This document shows, one piece after another, positions 55,248-62,918 of a stretch of DNA of 62,918 nucleotides (positions within the stretch are counted from its first letter, which is position 1; each line of letters begins with the position of its first letter). Made by a program: the position numbers and the translations under genes. Under the pieces are notes generated by a model that ran no database searches, was not told where the DNA came from, and was given only the letters and a program-made list of their open reading frames with translations. The stretch is from Candidatus Microgenomates bacterium (lineage in GTDB: Bacteria > Patescibacteriota > Microgenomatia > Levybacterales > UBA12049), in assembly GCA_025451195.1 (NCBI GenBank), contig JANWKV010000006.1, positions 1 to 62,918 of the forward strand, given 5' to 3'.

Positions 55248-55997
55248 TTATGTAAACCGTGTTACAATAAAAATAAACAATGCCCCTAGAATAGTTAATG
55301 CAATCATTCTATAAGAACTATGTTTAGAATGTGCTTCTGGGAGTAGATCTGATGCTCCAATGTATAATAAAAATCCTGCAAAAAATCCAAGATAAAGTAC
55401 TAGAACTGATTGGGGAATTTCAAAAATAAGGGTAGACGCTACGCCAACAATTGGAGCAATTGCATCTATGATAAGTAATAATATTGCCTTTTTTGTTGAG
55501 TTCTTATGTGCCAACATTAAAGTAACCGTATTTAATCCGTCTGAAAAGTCGTGAGCAATTACTGCAATTGATACCAAAATCCCAACTTGAGGACTTACAT
55601 GAAATGCAAGTCCTATTCCAACACCGTCAAGAAAGCTATGAAAAGATAAACCCGATGCACTTATTAATCCAACCGTTGGATTCTTGTGAGAGTGTTTTGC
55701 GTATTCTTCTTCATGACCATGATGAATAATTGCGAGCTTTTCAAGAATGTGGATAAGTAAAAATCCACCAACAAGTGCAATTAAAGCACTTGTCACATCA
55801 ATATTGTTTTCATGAGCTATCGAAAAAATTTCTGGCACTATATCAAAAAATGCTACGCCTATTAATATTCCAGCGGTAAAACTCATAATCAAGTGCAATT
55901 TTTCTTTAAATTTAAGGGCAAATAAACCTCCTAAAGAAGTAGAAATAAATGTTAAAAATGATAAAAAAATTGCCTGCATATTATTTTTGACAATCAT
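55248..55997 (-). CDS. ZIP-family divalent metal (zinc) transporter
   Basis: 8-TM pattern with a His-rich loop (IIHHGHEEEYAKHSH) and HDFSDGL-type motif (IAHDFSDGLN). Confidence 0.85.
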   Translation of the reverse strand: MIVKNNMQAIFLSFLTFISTSLGGLFALKFKEKLHLIMSFTAGILIGVAFFDIVPEIFSIAHENNIDVTSALIALVGGFLLIHILEKLAIIHHGHEEEYAKHSHKNPTVGLISASGLSFHSFLDGVGIGLAFHVSPQVGILVSIAVIAHDFSDGLNTVTLMLAHKNSTKKAILLLIIDAIAPIVGVASTLIFEIPQSVLVLYLGFFAGFLLYIGASDLLPEAHSKHSSYRMIALTILGALFIFIVTRFT

Positions 55998-56427
55998 TAC
56001 AAAAGCCGTAAAATTCCAATGAATGACTTTTAACTAAAAATTTATATTTTTTTGCAATTTTCTTTTCAAAATCAGGAATAACAGTGTCCTTTACGTCTTC
56101 TATTTTCCCGCAATTTTGGCAAATTAAATGATGATGTTCACCTTTATTTAATTCGTATCTTGCCTTACCCTCCTGAAATTCCAATTTTTTAAGAAGACCT
56201 TTTTCTACAAAAGAATTTATAATTCTAAAAACCGTAACTCTATCTATTCCCAAATCTTTTTGCAAATGATCTGTTAGGTGCAAAACATCAACTGGTTTAT
56301 CATGGGATTCAAAGAGTTTTAATGTTGCAACTCTGGCGGGAGTTACTCTTAAATTAACTTCTTGAATTTCTTTTTCGCAGTCGTGTTGTTTTAAATCCTG
56401 AACTTGCCGGATGGAAATTTGTTTCAT
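55981..56427 (-). CDS. Fur-family metalloregulator (Zur-like by context)
   Basis: RVTPARVATLKLF.., HHHLICQNCGKIEDV and C-terminal CNDCQK (CxxC pairs). It overlaps the ZIP gene by 17 nt. Confidence 0.82.
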   Translation of the reverse strand: MKQISIRQVQDLKQHDCEKEIQEVNLRVTPARVATLKLFESHDKPVDVLHLTDHLQKDLGIDRVTVFRIINSFVEKGLLKKLEFQEGKARYELNKGEHHHLICQNCGKIEDVKDTVIPDFEKKIAKKYKFLVKSHSLEFYGFCNDCQK

Positions 56428-56441
56428 AAAAACAATTATAC

Positions 56442-56454
56442 GCAACTAAGTTGC
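56442..56454. promoter_or_regulatory. Palindrome GCAACT-A-AGTTGC upstream of the Fur-family gene (candidate auto-operator)
   Basis: Perfect 6-1-6 inverted repeat 15 nt upstream of the ATG at 56427. It does not match a classical Fur/Zur box closely. Confidence 0.3.
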
Positions 56455-56588
56455 ATTTGTCAAGACCAATATGAGTTGTTTGCCACAAGAAATGTAATCT
56501 AGGTCATTGACAAATTTTTAAAAAAGTCGTTGACTAAAATTAGGGGTAAATTTTTTCCCCTTTTGTGTATTTGTATGACATAAATATT

Positions 56589-58415
56589 ATGATCAAATTT
56601 GTCGGAACTGCCCTACAAGACAAACAAACGCTCCTTTTTTATTGTCAAAAAGAAGGTAATGAAATTTTCTTCAAAGCAGTCGGAAGCCAAAATGGACTCG
56701 AATTTTCAGATAAATGTAACTACATATTTGTCTTTGATGAATCTCAAAAAGAAGAACAAAACTTTAATTGGAAGAGTTTTAGGATCGCCCGCCAACATGA
56801 TCAATTTCTTCTTACATATAAATTAGACTCCGAAAAAGACGCGTCTTTATTTGGCGCATTATCCGCAGATTTAATCAGATGGCAAAAAATTGGAAAAATT
56901 GATGAAATTAAAGAAACCGGTACGGTTGTTCCGCTGTTCCAGTTTAACAATAATTATGTAATGTATTTTGGGGAAAAGGATATAAAAATTGCCTCTTCAG
57001 AAGATTTAAAAACATGGAAAACGGAAACAAAAGCCGTCTTAAAATCCAGAAAAGCAAGTTTTGACAGCGGAAATCTTGAAGTCGCAAATGCTTATGTCTT
57101 AAATAACAACATACTATTAATATACTATGTAAAAAAAGAGAAAGACGGAAAAACTTTATACGATGTGGGGGCTGCAATATTTGATAAATCTGATCCGACA
57201 AAACCCATATGGCGCAGTGAAGAGGCAATTTTTGAACACCCGGAAGAAATGGAAAATGAAAAAATGCAGCCTTTTGGAAGCGCAATAAGTGGTGACCGGC
57301 TTATTTTATATTGGTTAATAGGAGAAAATAATTTATTCGCAGTTTCAGTGCCAATCCCAACAACAAGTACCGGCTTAAAACATAAAGTGTTTACCCATAT
57401 AGTTAAAAAATCGGAAAAAAATCCGATTATCGGACCAAACCCTGCTCACCCTTGGGAGTCACGCGCGGCTTTTAACAGCGCCGCAATTTTAGATAACGGA
57501 AAAGTCCATTTTGTATATAGAGCACTTGGAGATAAAGATCTTTCTGTTTTGGGATATGCAGTTAGTAGTGATGGAGTAAATATTGATGAAAGATCTACCG
57601 AACCGATTTATATTCCCCGTGAACCGTTTGAGACACCCGGCGGAAACGCGTTTTCCAGCTTTGCACAACATTTTGCGTCTGGAGGAGGTTATGGGGGGAT
57701 TGAAGATCCAAGAATTACCAGACTCGAAGATAAAATTTATCTGACCTATGTGGCATTTGACGGAGCAAATCCGCCAAGGGTTGCTATGTCTTCTATTCAC
57801 ATTGATGATTTTAGAAAAAAAAACTGGGACAAATGGGAAAAGCCAAAATTAATTTCCGCACCGGGAATGGTTAACAAAAGCGCTGTTATTTTTCCAAGAA
57901 AAATAAGAGGAAAATACGTTATGATGCATAGGGTTTATCCGAATATTCTTATCGATTATTTGGATAATCTGAACTTTAAAGAATATCTTAAAGGCCATTA
58001 TTTTATTCCTCCTAGGAAAAAATTCTGGGACAGCAAGAAAGTAGGAGCAGGTGCACCGCCAATGGAGACAAACGACGGATGGCTTTTAATTTATCAGTCT
58101 GTTGGACACCAGGATTCAAGCAGATATAAGATTGGAGCTATGATGTTGGACCGGGATAACCCGGAAAAAGTTTTGTACAGGACACACACCGCGATTATAG
58201 AACCGAGTGAAAGGTACGAAAATGAAGGGTTTAAAGCTGGAGTTGTATATCCGTGCGGAGCTGTAATTAAAGATAATTCGTTGCATGTATATTATGGCGG
58301 AGCAGACACTGTGGTTTGTGCAGCCAAAGCGGACTTGAATACTTTCTTAAATGAAATGAAAAGAAACAGGGAACCAAAACTAACAAAAGTAACAAGCAGA
58401 CAGTTTGCAAATTAA
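56589..58415 (+). CDS. GH130-like glycosidase/phosphorylase with an additional divergent N-terminal beta-propeller-like half
   Basis: The C-terminal half has NPIIGPNPAHPWESRAAFNSAAI..VHFVYRA..GGIEDPRITRLEDKIYLTYVAFDG..MMLDRDNPEKV..VVYPCGAV..YYGGADT, typical of the GH130 (DUF377) fold. The start is ATG 56589 or GTG 56565. Confidence 0.72.
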   Translation: MIKFVGTALQDKQTLLFYCQKEGNEIFFKAVGSQNGLEFSDKCNYIFVFDESQKEEQNFNWKSFRIARQHDQFLLTYKLDSEKDASLFGALSADLIRWQKIGKIDEIKETGTVVPLFQFNNNYVMYFGEKDIKIASSEDLKTWKTETKAVLKSRKASFDSGNLEVANAYVLNNNILLIYYVKKEKDGKTLYDVGAAIFDKSDPTKPIWRSEEAIFEHPEEMENEKMQPFGSAISGDRLILYWLIGENNLFAVSVPIPTTSTGLKHKVFTHIVKKSEKNPIIGPNPAHPWESRAAFNSAAILDNGKVHFVYRALGDKDLSVLGYAVSSDGVNIDERSTEPIYIPREPFETPGGNAFSSFAQHFASGGGYGGIEDPRITRLEDKIYLTYVAFDGANPPRVAMSSIHIDDFRKKNWDKWEKPKLISAPGMVNKSAVIFPRKIRGKYVMMHRVYPNILIDYLDNLNFKEYLKGHYFIPPRKKFWDSKKVGAGAPPMETNDGWLLIYQSVGHQDSSRYKIGAMMLDRDNPEKVLYRTHTAIIEPSERYENEGFKAGVVYPCGAVIKDNSLHVYYGGADTVVCAAKADLNTFLNEMKRNREPKLTKVTSRQFAN

Positions 58416-58539
58416 AAATTTAAGTTAAAAAATAAAAGTTAAAAGTTAAGGTACTTTCTTTTTATAAACCTCAGTAAAAGTTTTATAAATAAAATACTTT
58501 AATTTTTCATTTTTAATTTTAAATTTTTAACTTACTATT
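58416..58539. repeat. 124-nt AT-rich imperfect palindromic intercistronic spacer (AAGTTAAAA-type arms)
   Basis: The left arm TTAAGTTAAAAAATAAAAGTTAAAAGTTAAGG faces the right arm CTTTAATTTTTCATTTTTAATTTTAAATTTTTAACTTAC. The right arm is near-identical to 9520-9556. Confidence 0.6.
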
Positions 58540-60468
58540 ATGGCAACTTTAACCCGTATTCCGGAAAATCCAATTCTTACACCAAACCCCCAAAACGAAT
58601 GGGAAAAAGAAGCCACATTTAATGGATGTGTTTCCTATGTTGACGGCACATATCATATGGTTTACCGCGCGCTCTCCTCAATGAAAATGCAAAACGGAAT
58701 TAATATGGAAGTTTCTTCAATAGGATATGCAAAGAGCACAGACGGCATACATTTTACCGATAGAACGCAAATAATTTCTCCTACGGAAGACTTCGACATG
58801 TACGGATGCGAAGACCCAAGAATTACCTACATGGATGGAAAATTTTATATCTTTTATACCGCCCTTTCCATGTTTCCCTTTACAGCATATGGAATAAGAC
58901 TCGCCGTTGCAATTACGAAAGATTTTAAAACATTTGAAAAACATCCTGTTACAACGTTTAATTCAAAAGCAATGGGTCTTTTTCCGGAAAAAATCAACGG
59001 TAAGTTTGCAGCCCTTTTAACAATAAACACCGACATGCCGCCTGCCAAAATTGCTTATGCTAACTTTGATAAAGAAGAAGATATGTGGTCGCCGGTTTTT
59101 TGGATGAACTGGTATGAAAATGCAAATAACCATATTATTCATCTTCTCCGTGATATCCGCGACCAGGTAGAACTGGGTTCTCCTCCGATAAAAACAGAAT
59201 ACGGTTGGCTGGTTATGTATTCCTACATTAAAAATTACATGTCAAATGATAAAAAATTTGGAATAGAAGCAGTACTTTTGGATAGTAATGACCCAAGAAT
59301 TATTTTAGGCAGAACCCAACTCCCACTTCTTATGCCGGAAGAAAAATACGAATTGGAAGGAATCGTAGCAAATGTTATTTTTCCATCAGGAGCTCTAATT
59401 AAAGACGATAAACTGATTGTTTATTATGGCGCAGCAGATACTTCTGTTGCTGTTGCATCTATGCACTTAAGCTCTCTTTTAGACCAGATAAAACCAATAG
59501 ATGTCTCAACAATTACAACTTCGAGCCTTAGAAAATTTGTAAGATTTGAGGGGAATCCAATTATTAAATCGGCACTCGAACTTGATTGGCAAAATAAAGC
59601 TGTTTTTAACCCTGCTGCAATTTATGAAGACGGGAAAGTTCATCTTGTGTATAGGGCGCAATCAAAAAGCGGAGTTTCTGTTTTTGGATATGCGTCAAGT
59701 AAAGACGGATTTCATATTGATGAAAATTTGGATAAGCCGATTTATATTCCCCGGGAAAGTTTTGAAAGAAGCACAAAACAAAATGGTAATTCCGGCTGCG
59801 AAGACCCAAGAATTACAAAAATAAATGATAGATTATTTATGACTTATACTGCATATGACGGGGCAAATCCTCCAAGAATCGCGCTTACCTCTATTGCTCT
59901 TGCGGATTTTTTGAAAAAAAATTGGAACTGGGAAAAGCCAAAATTAATTTCCGCGCCCGGAGTCGATGATAAAGATGCATGCATTGTTAAAAAGGTAAAA
60001 GGTGAGGGGTTTGTTGCATTTCATAGACTTGGCAATGTCATTTGGCTTGATTTTTTAAGGGATTTGGATTTTCCCGAAAAGAAATATTTAACAGGCGGAA
60101 TTATCGCTCAGGCCAGAAAAGATAAATGGGACAATATAAAAGTAGGCATTGCCGCACCACCCTTAGAAACCGAAAAGGGCTGGCTGCTACTTTACCATGC
60201 GGTATCTGACCCGGGATTTATGTATAAAGTTGGCGCAATGCTTTTAGATTATGATGACCCAAGACGGATTATTGCCCGCACAGATGAGCCTATTTTGGAG
60301 CCGGAAAAACCATATGAGCTTGAAGGACAAGTTCCGAATGTTGTTTTTCCATGCGGAGCGGTTGTAATAAACGGTACGGTATTTTTGTATTATGGCGGTG
60401 CGGATTCGGTTGTTGGAGTTGCAACAAGTCCTCTATCTACAATACTCAATGTTTTACTGGAGAAATAA
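58540..60468 (+). CDS. Tandem double GH130-like glycosidase/phosphorylase
   Basis: Two complete repeats, each with ..W(E/Q)..A.FN...(V/I)..DG..H(M/L)VYRA.. and GCEDPRIT (YGCEDPRITYMDGKFY; SGCEDPRITKINDRLF), plus terminal YYGGAD(T/S). Confidence 0.75.
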   Translation: MATLTRIPENPILTPNPQNEWEKEATFNGCVSYVDGTYHMVYRALSSMKMQNGINMEVSSIGYAKSTDGIHFTDRTQIISPTEDFDMYGCEDPRITYMDGKFYIFYTALSMFPFTAYGIRLAVAITKDFKTFEKHPVTTFNSKAMGLFPEKINGKFAALLTINTDMPPAKIAYANFDKEEDMWSPVFWMNWYENANNHIIHLLRDIRDQVELGSPPIKTEYGWLVMYSYIKNYMSNDKKFGIEAVLLDSNDPRIILGRTQLPLLMPEEKYELEGIVANVIFPSGALIKDDKLIVYYGAADTSVAVASMHLSSLLDQIKPIDVSTITTSSLRKFVRFEGNPIIKSALELDWQNKAVFNPAAIYEDGKVHLVYRAQSKSGVSVFGYASSKDGFHIDENLDKPIYIPRESFERSTKQNGNSGCEDPRITKINDRLFMTYTAYDGANPPRIALTSIALADFLKKNWNWEKPKLISAPGVDDKDACIVKKVKGEGFVAFHRLGNVIWLDFLRDLDFPEKKYLTGGIIAQARKDKWDNIKVGIAAPPLETEKGWLLLYHAVSDPGFMYKVGAMLLDYDDPRRIIARTDEPILEPEKPYELEGQVPNVVFPCGAVVINGTVFLYYGGADSVVGVATSPLSTILNVLLEK

Positions 60469-60604
60469 GCGCCTCAACTTTCATCTACCTAAAAATAACG
60501 ATAAGGGAATTAAAAAAACCTGCATGCTTAAATGGTTAGATGGTTAAATGATCGCGATAAATTTAGCCATTCATTACTTATTTTGCTACACTATAAATAG
60601 TATT

Positions 60605-61444
60605 ATGATCTTTCAGAAAAAATTTATTTTTTTGTTTGGGTTTATTTCTCTTTTGTTTTTGTTTTTTTTTAAACCAAATATTTCTTTTGCCCAAACGGCA
60701 ACACCAACAGTTTCGATTACCACACCAACTCTTTCTTCCTCAAGTAGCGCCGCGACCATGGGCGTTGCAACTTTTGTACAGGTAAAAGACGTAAATCTTA
60801 AAGACGGAACAGTAATTTCATCCGCTGATAATGGAGCAATAGCAACTGATGTTTCTTATGATTCTCAAGTTTTGGGAGTTATCGCAAAAGACGCGGCAAT
60901 ACTTTTAAATTCCGGAGGTTCGGCAAACAGTCTTCCTGTCATATCTGTAGGCAATGTTTATGTTTTGGTTTCGACCAAAGACGGCGTAATAAAAAAAGGT
61001 GATCTTTTAACAAGTTCGACAATTCCGGGGGTTGCTGTAAAAGCGGTAAGGTCAGGCTATGTCTTAGGAACTGCTTTGGAAGGTTATGACAATCCTGATC
61101 CAAAAAAAATAGATACCATAGTTGCCGATTTGAATTTACATTATTTTAATTCAAAACCGACTTTTCCGGGAACGCTGTCCGATTTATTTAAATTTATTGT
61201 TTTATCAACCAAAGAAGATCCGACTCCAATATTTAAAGACATTGTTGCTGCCCTTGTAGTTTTGGGATCTTTTGTTTTGGCATTTTTAACATTTGGAAGA
61301 GCAGCTGCAAAAGGAGTTGAGGCACTCGGTAGAAACCCCGCGGCAAGCAGAATTATTCATTTGGGGATAATTTTTAACGTAACAATTGTAGGGTTGATTA
61401 TTATTGCCGGCATGACCGTTGCTTTTCTTATTTTAAGACTATAA
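60605..61444 (+). CDS. Secreted protein anchored by a C-terminal ATP-synthase subunit-c-like two-helix hairpin
   Basis: Signal peptide MIFQKKFIFLFGFISLLFLFFF..SFAQ and a domain of about 210 aa. The C-terminus is ..VVLGSFVLAFLTFGRAAAKGVEALGRNPAASRIIHLGIIFNVTIVGLIIIAGMTVAFLILRL. The start is set at ATG 60605 (TATAAA ends 7 nt upstream). Confidence 0.7.
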   Translation: MIFQKKFIFLFGFISLLFLFFFKPNISFAQTATPTVSITTPTLSSSSSAATMGVATFVQVKDVNLKDGTVISSADNGAIATDVSYDSQVLGVIAKDAAILLNSGGSANSLPVISVGNVYVLVSTKDGVIKKGDLLTSSTIPGVAVKAVRSGYVLGTALEGYDNPDPKKIDTIVADLNLHYFNSKPTFPGTLSDLFKFIVLSTKEDPTPIFKDIVAALVVLGSFVLAFLTFGRAAAKGVEALGRNPAASRIIHLGIIFNVTIVGLIIIAGMTVAFLILRL

Positions 61445-61472
61445 ACCGTGCAAAATTATTATATTATCCCCA

Positions 61473-62363
61473 ATGAAAATAGGTAAGAAAGTTCTTGAAG
61501 CAATTAATGATGCAAGAATAAAACGCCCATTATGGTATAAAAAATACCATGCCTCAGGATTTTCAGATTTAATTCACGGATTTATTTTATCTGTTGCAAT
61601 ATTTTTTCTATTGATTGGTTTTTTAAAAATTTTATTGCCGGTTAGCGCAGAAACCGGAGTGGAAACTACAATAACACAGTCAATTTATCCTAATAAACTG
61701 GGTGTTAGCGCACCGCTGTATTTATATTTTTCACCAATTGTTTCCAACATTTTCAGTTGGCAAAACTCAACCTCTATATTGGATAATATTATTTTATCTA
61801 ACACCAGAAACGGGGAAACAAGTTGGACGGTTAGCGTAATATGTAGTGGTTTTTCAGCAATAAATCAACCAGTAAAACTACATGGGTTAAATGATACTTT
61901 AACTTCCGGCGGGGAATATACAAATCCTAAAGGAGGAATATACACAATTACTATTACCAAAGGCGGCAATACGGGTATTGCACAGTTCAATGTTAAAGGC
62001 ATGGAGGACCAAAACGGGACAACGGGAACAAATGTCCTAATTGGGACAAGAGGATTAACTGCAACCTTTGCTCCTGCAAAATATGTAACAGGCGATTCAT
62101 GGGAAATCCGTGTTGACACAATTCCTGTTTCTAATTTAACGGTAACACCGCGTGGCTTAACATTGTTGTCGGGCAAATCGGTAAATGCTCATTTGGGACC
62201 AAGCCATACTTTTTTAAACAGAAACGACCCGGCAACTATATTAGTTGTACCGCTTGGCCTATTTGGTAATAGCTATTCAACCAGTTTGTTTCTCTCCTTA
62301 AGAATTCCACCATTTACATATGCCAACAAATACAGGGCTGTATTGTCTATAACATCCGAATAG
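61473..62363 (+). CDS. Signal-anchored beta-rich surface protein, WxL-like
   Basis: N-terminal ..KRPLWYKKY.. plus a TM segment. NTRNGETSWTVSVICSGFS and C-terminal ..YANKYRAVLSITSE resemble the two motif regions of WxL domains. Paralog of the next gene. Confidence 0.45.
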   Translation: MKIGKKVLEAINDARIKRPLWYKKYHASGFSDLIHGFILSVAIFFLLIGFLKILLPVSAETGVETTITQSIYPNKLGVSAPLYLYFSPIVSNIFSWQNSTSILDNIILSNTRNGETSWTVSVICSGFSAINQPVKLHGLNDTLTSGGEYTNPKGGIYTITITKGGNTGIAQFNVKGMEDQNGTTGTNVLIGTRGLTATFAPAKYVTGDSWEIRVDTIPVSNLTVTPRGLTLLSGKSVNAHLGPSHTFLNRNDPATILVVPLGLFGNSYSTSLFLSLRIPPFTYANKYRAVLSITSE

Positions 62364-62425
62364 TTTGTTATGGCTTTTTATTTGGCTTGACACATTAAAA
62401 TTTTTATGTGTACGATAAAGTGCCA

Positions 62426-62918
62426 ATGGATATTAAAAAAATTTTAAATGATATAAAACATACAGAAACTAAGTGGTATAAAGATTACTGCAAATGGATA
62501 AATCATGGAAGATTTCATTTGCTCATTTTTATTATTTCTTTTATTATTATTGCTACCGGTTTTACAAATGTTTTTTTCCAAATAGTTAAATTATTTACTA
62601 TTGAAAAAGCATATGGCTCTACAACTCACGTGTCACAAGACGTAATAGGAGGAAGTCTAACAATATCCAATTCCGGAGATCAATCTTTAAGTCCGGTTAG
62701 CGTTTCAACCGTTTCCCAAAATTCAACTGGAAGTCTTGGAACAATTACCGTAACCGATGATACAGGTACAGGTAACGGTTGGAATGCAACTGCAACTTCC
62801 ACAGATTTTTATAAAGTTAACTCTGCTGTTAAAACATCTGGAAGTAACAGTACCGTTACAACAGATGGAACAAGCACATATGTAAATGGTTCGGGCACAA
62901 GTCTTAACGGAGATATTT
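62426..62918 (+). CDS. Signal-anchored WxL-like surface protein, 3'-truncated by the window edge
   Basis: ATG 62426 is open to the window end. N-terminal ..TETKWYKDY.. plus a TM segment. LGTITVTDDTGTGNGWNATATSTDFY resembles the first WxL motif region. Not in the ORF track. Confidence 0.5.
   Translation, partial: MDIKKILNDIKHTETKWYKDYCKWINHGRFHLLIFIISFIIIATGFTNVFFQIVKLFTIEKAYGSTTHVSQDVIGGSLTISNSGDQSLSPVSVSTVSQNSTGSLGTITVTDDTGTGNGWNATATSTDFYKVNSAVKTSGSNSTVTTDGTSTYVNGSGTSLNGDI

Overview
AT-rich, gene-dense chromosomal window with about 68 CDS and 1 tRNA. I found no rRNA, CRISPR array, transposase, integrase or phage block. Long housekeeping ORFs are intact under the standard code and TGA is used as a stop. 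Gene content suggests a small-genome Patescibacteria/CPR-like bacterium; this is inference only. Housekeeping genes: groES-groEL with a CIRCE-like operator, lepA, murJ, rpsT, tpiA, pcrA/uvrD, rnhB, msrA. Main blocks: (i) 1.2-3.7 kb, a minus-strand operon of small enzymes (cupin, VOC, HAD, FMN reductase). (ii) 16.1-20.4 kb, a pilN/pilO-like operon translationally coupled to surface-protein and FAD-oxidoreductase genes. (iii) 19-31 kb, a large envelope-glycosylation island with three ArnT/PMT-like GT-C enzymes, DUF2298, a GT2, an epimerase, a HAD-like gene and an LCP ligase. (iv) 36-38.6 kb, Ni-superoxide dismutase with its maturation protease, next to an archaeal-type PEP carboxylase. (v) 41.7-43.6 kb, a redox module (LUD protein, HxlR/YodB-like regulator, MsrA). 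(vi) 46-52.6 kb, a MacAB-like ABC exporter with adaptor, a two-component system and a Met-rich cupredoxin. (vii) 55.2-56.4 kb, a Fur-family regulator with a ZIP transporter. (viii) 56.6-60.5 kb, two tandem multi-domain GH130-like genes. (ix) 60.6-62.9 kb, a surface-protein locus. Most unusual observations: a secreted protein anchored by an ATP-synthase c-subunit-like hairpin that lacks the carboxylate, followed by WxL-like paralogs. A three-copy conserved long-hairpin element sits next to start codons of envelope genes. Two copies of an AT-rich palindromic repeat are inserted in frame in a FemAB gene. A family of AAGTTAAAA-type palindromic intercistronic spacers occurs three times. A type II tRNA has anticodon ACU. 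A 17-19 nt operator-like motif is shared between the hxlR promoter and the cupredoxin locus. Many genes appear leaderless, with a -10 box 5-8 nt from the start codon. All functional calls come from motif recognition by eye; no database search was run.
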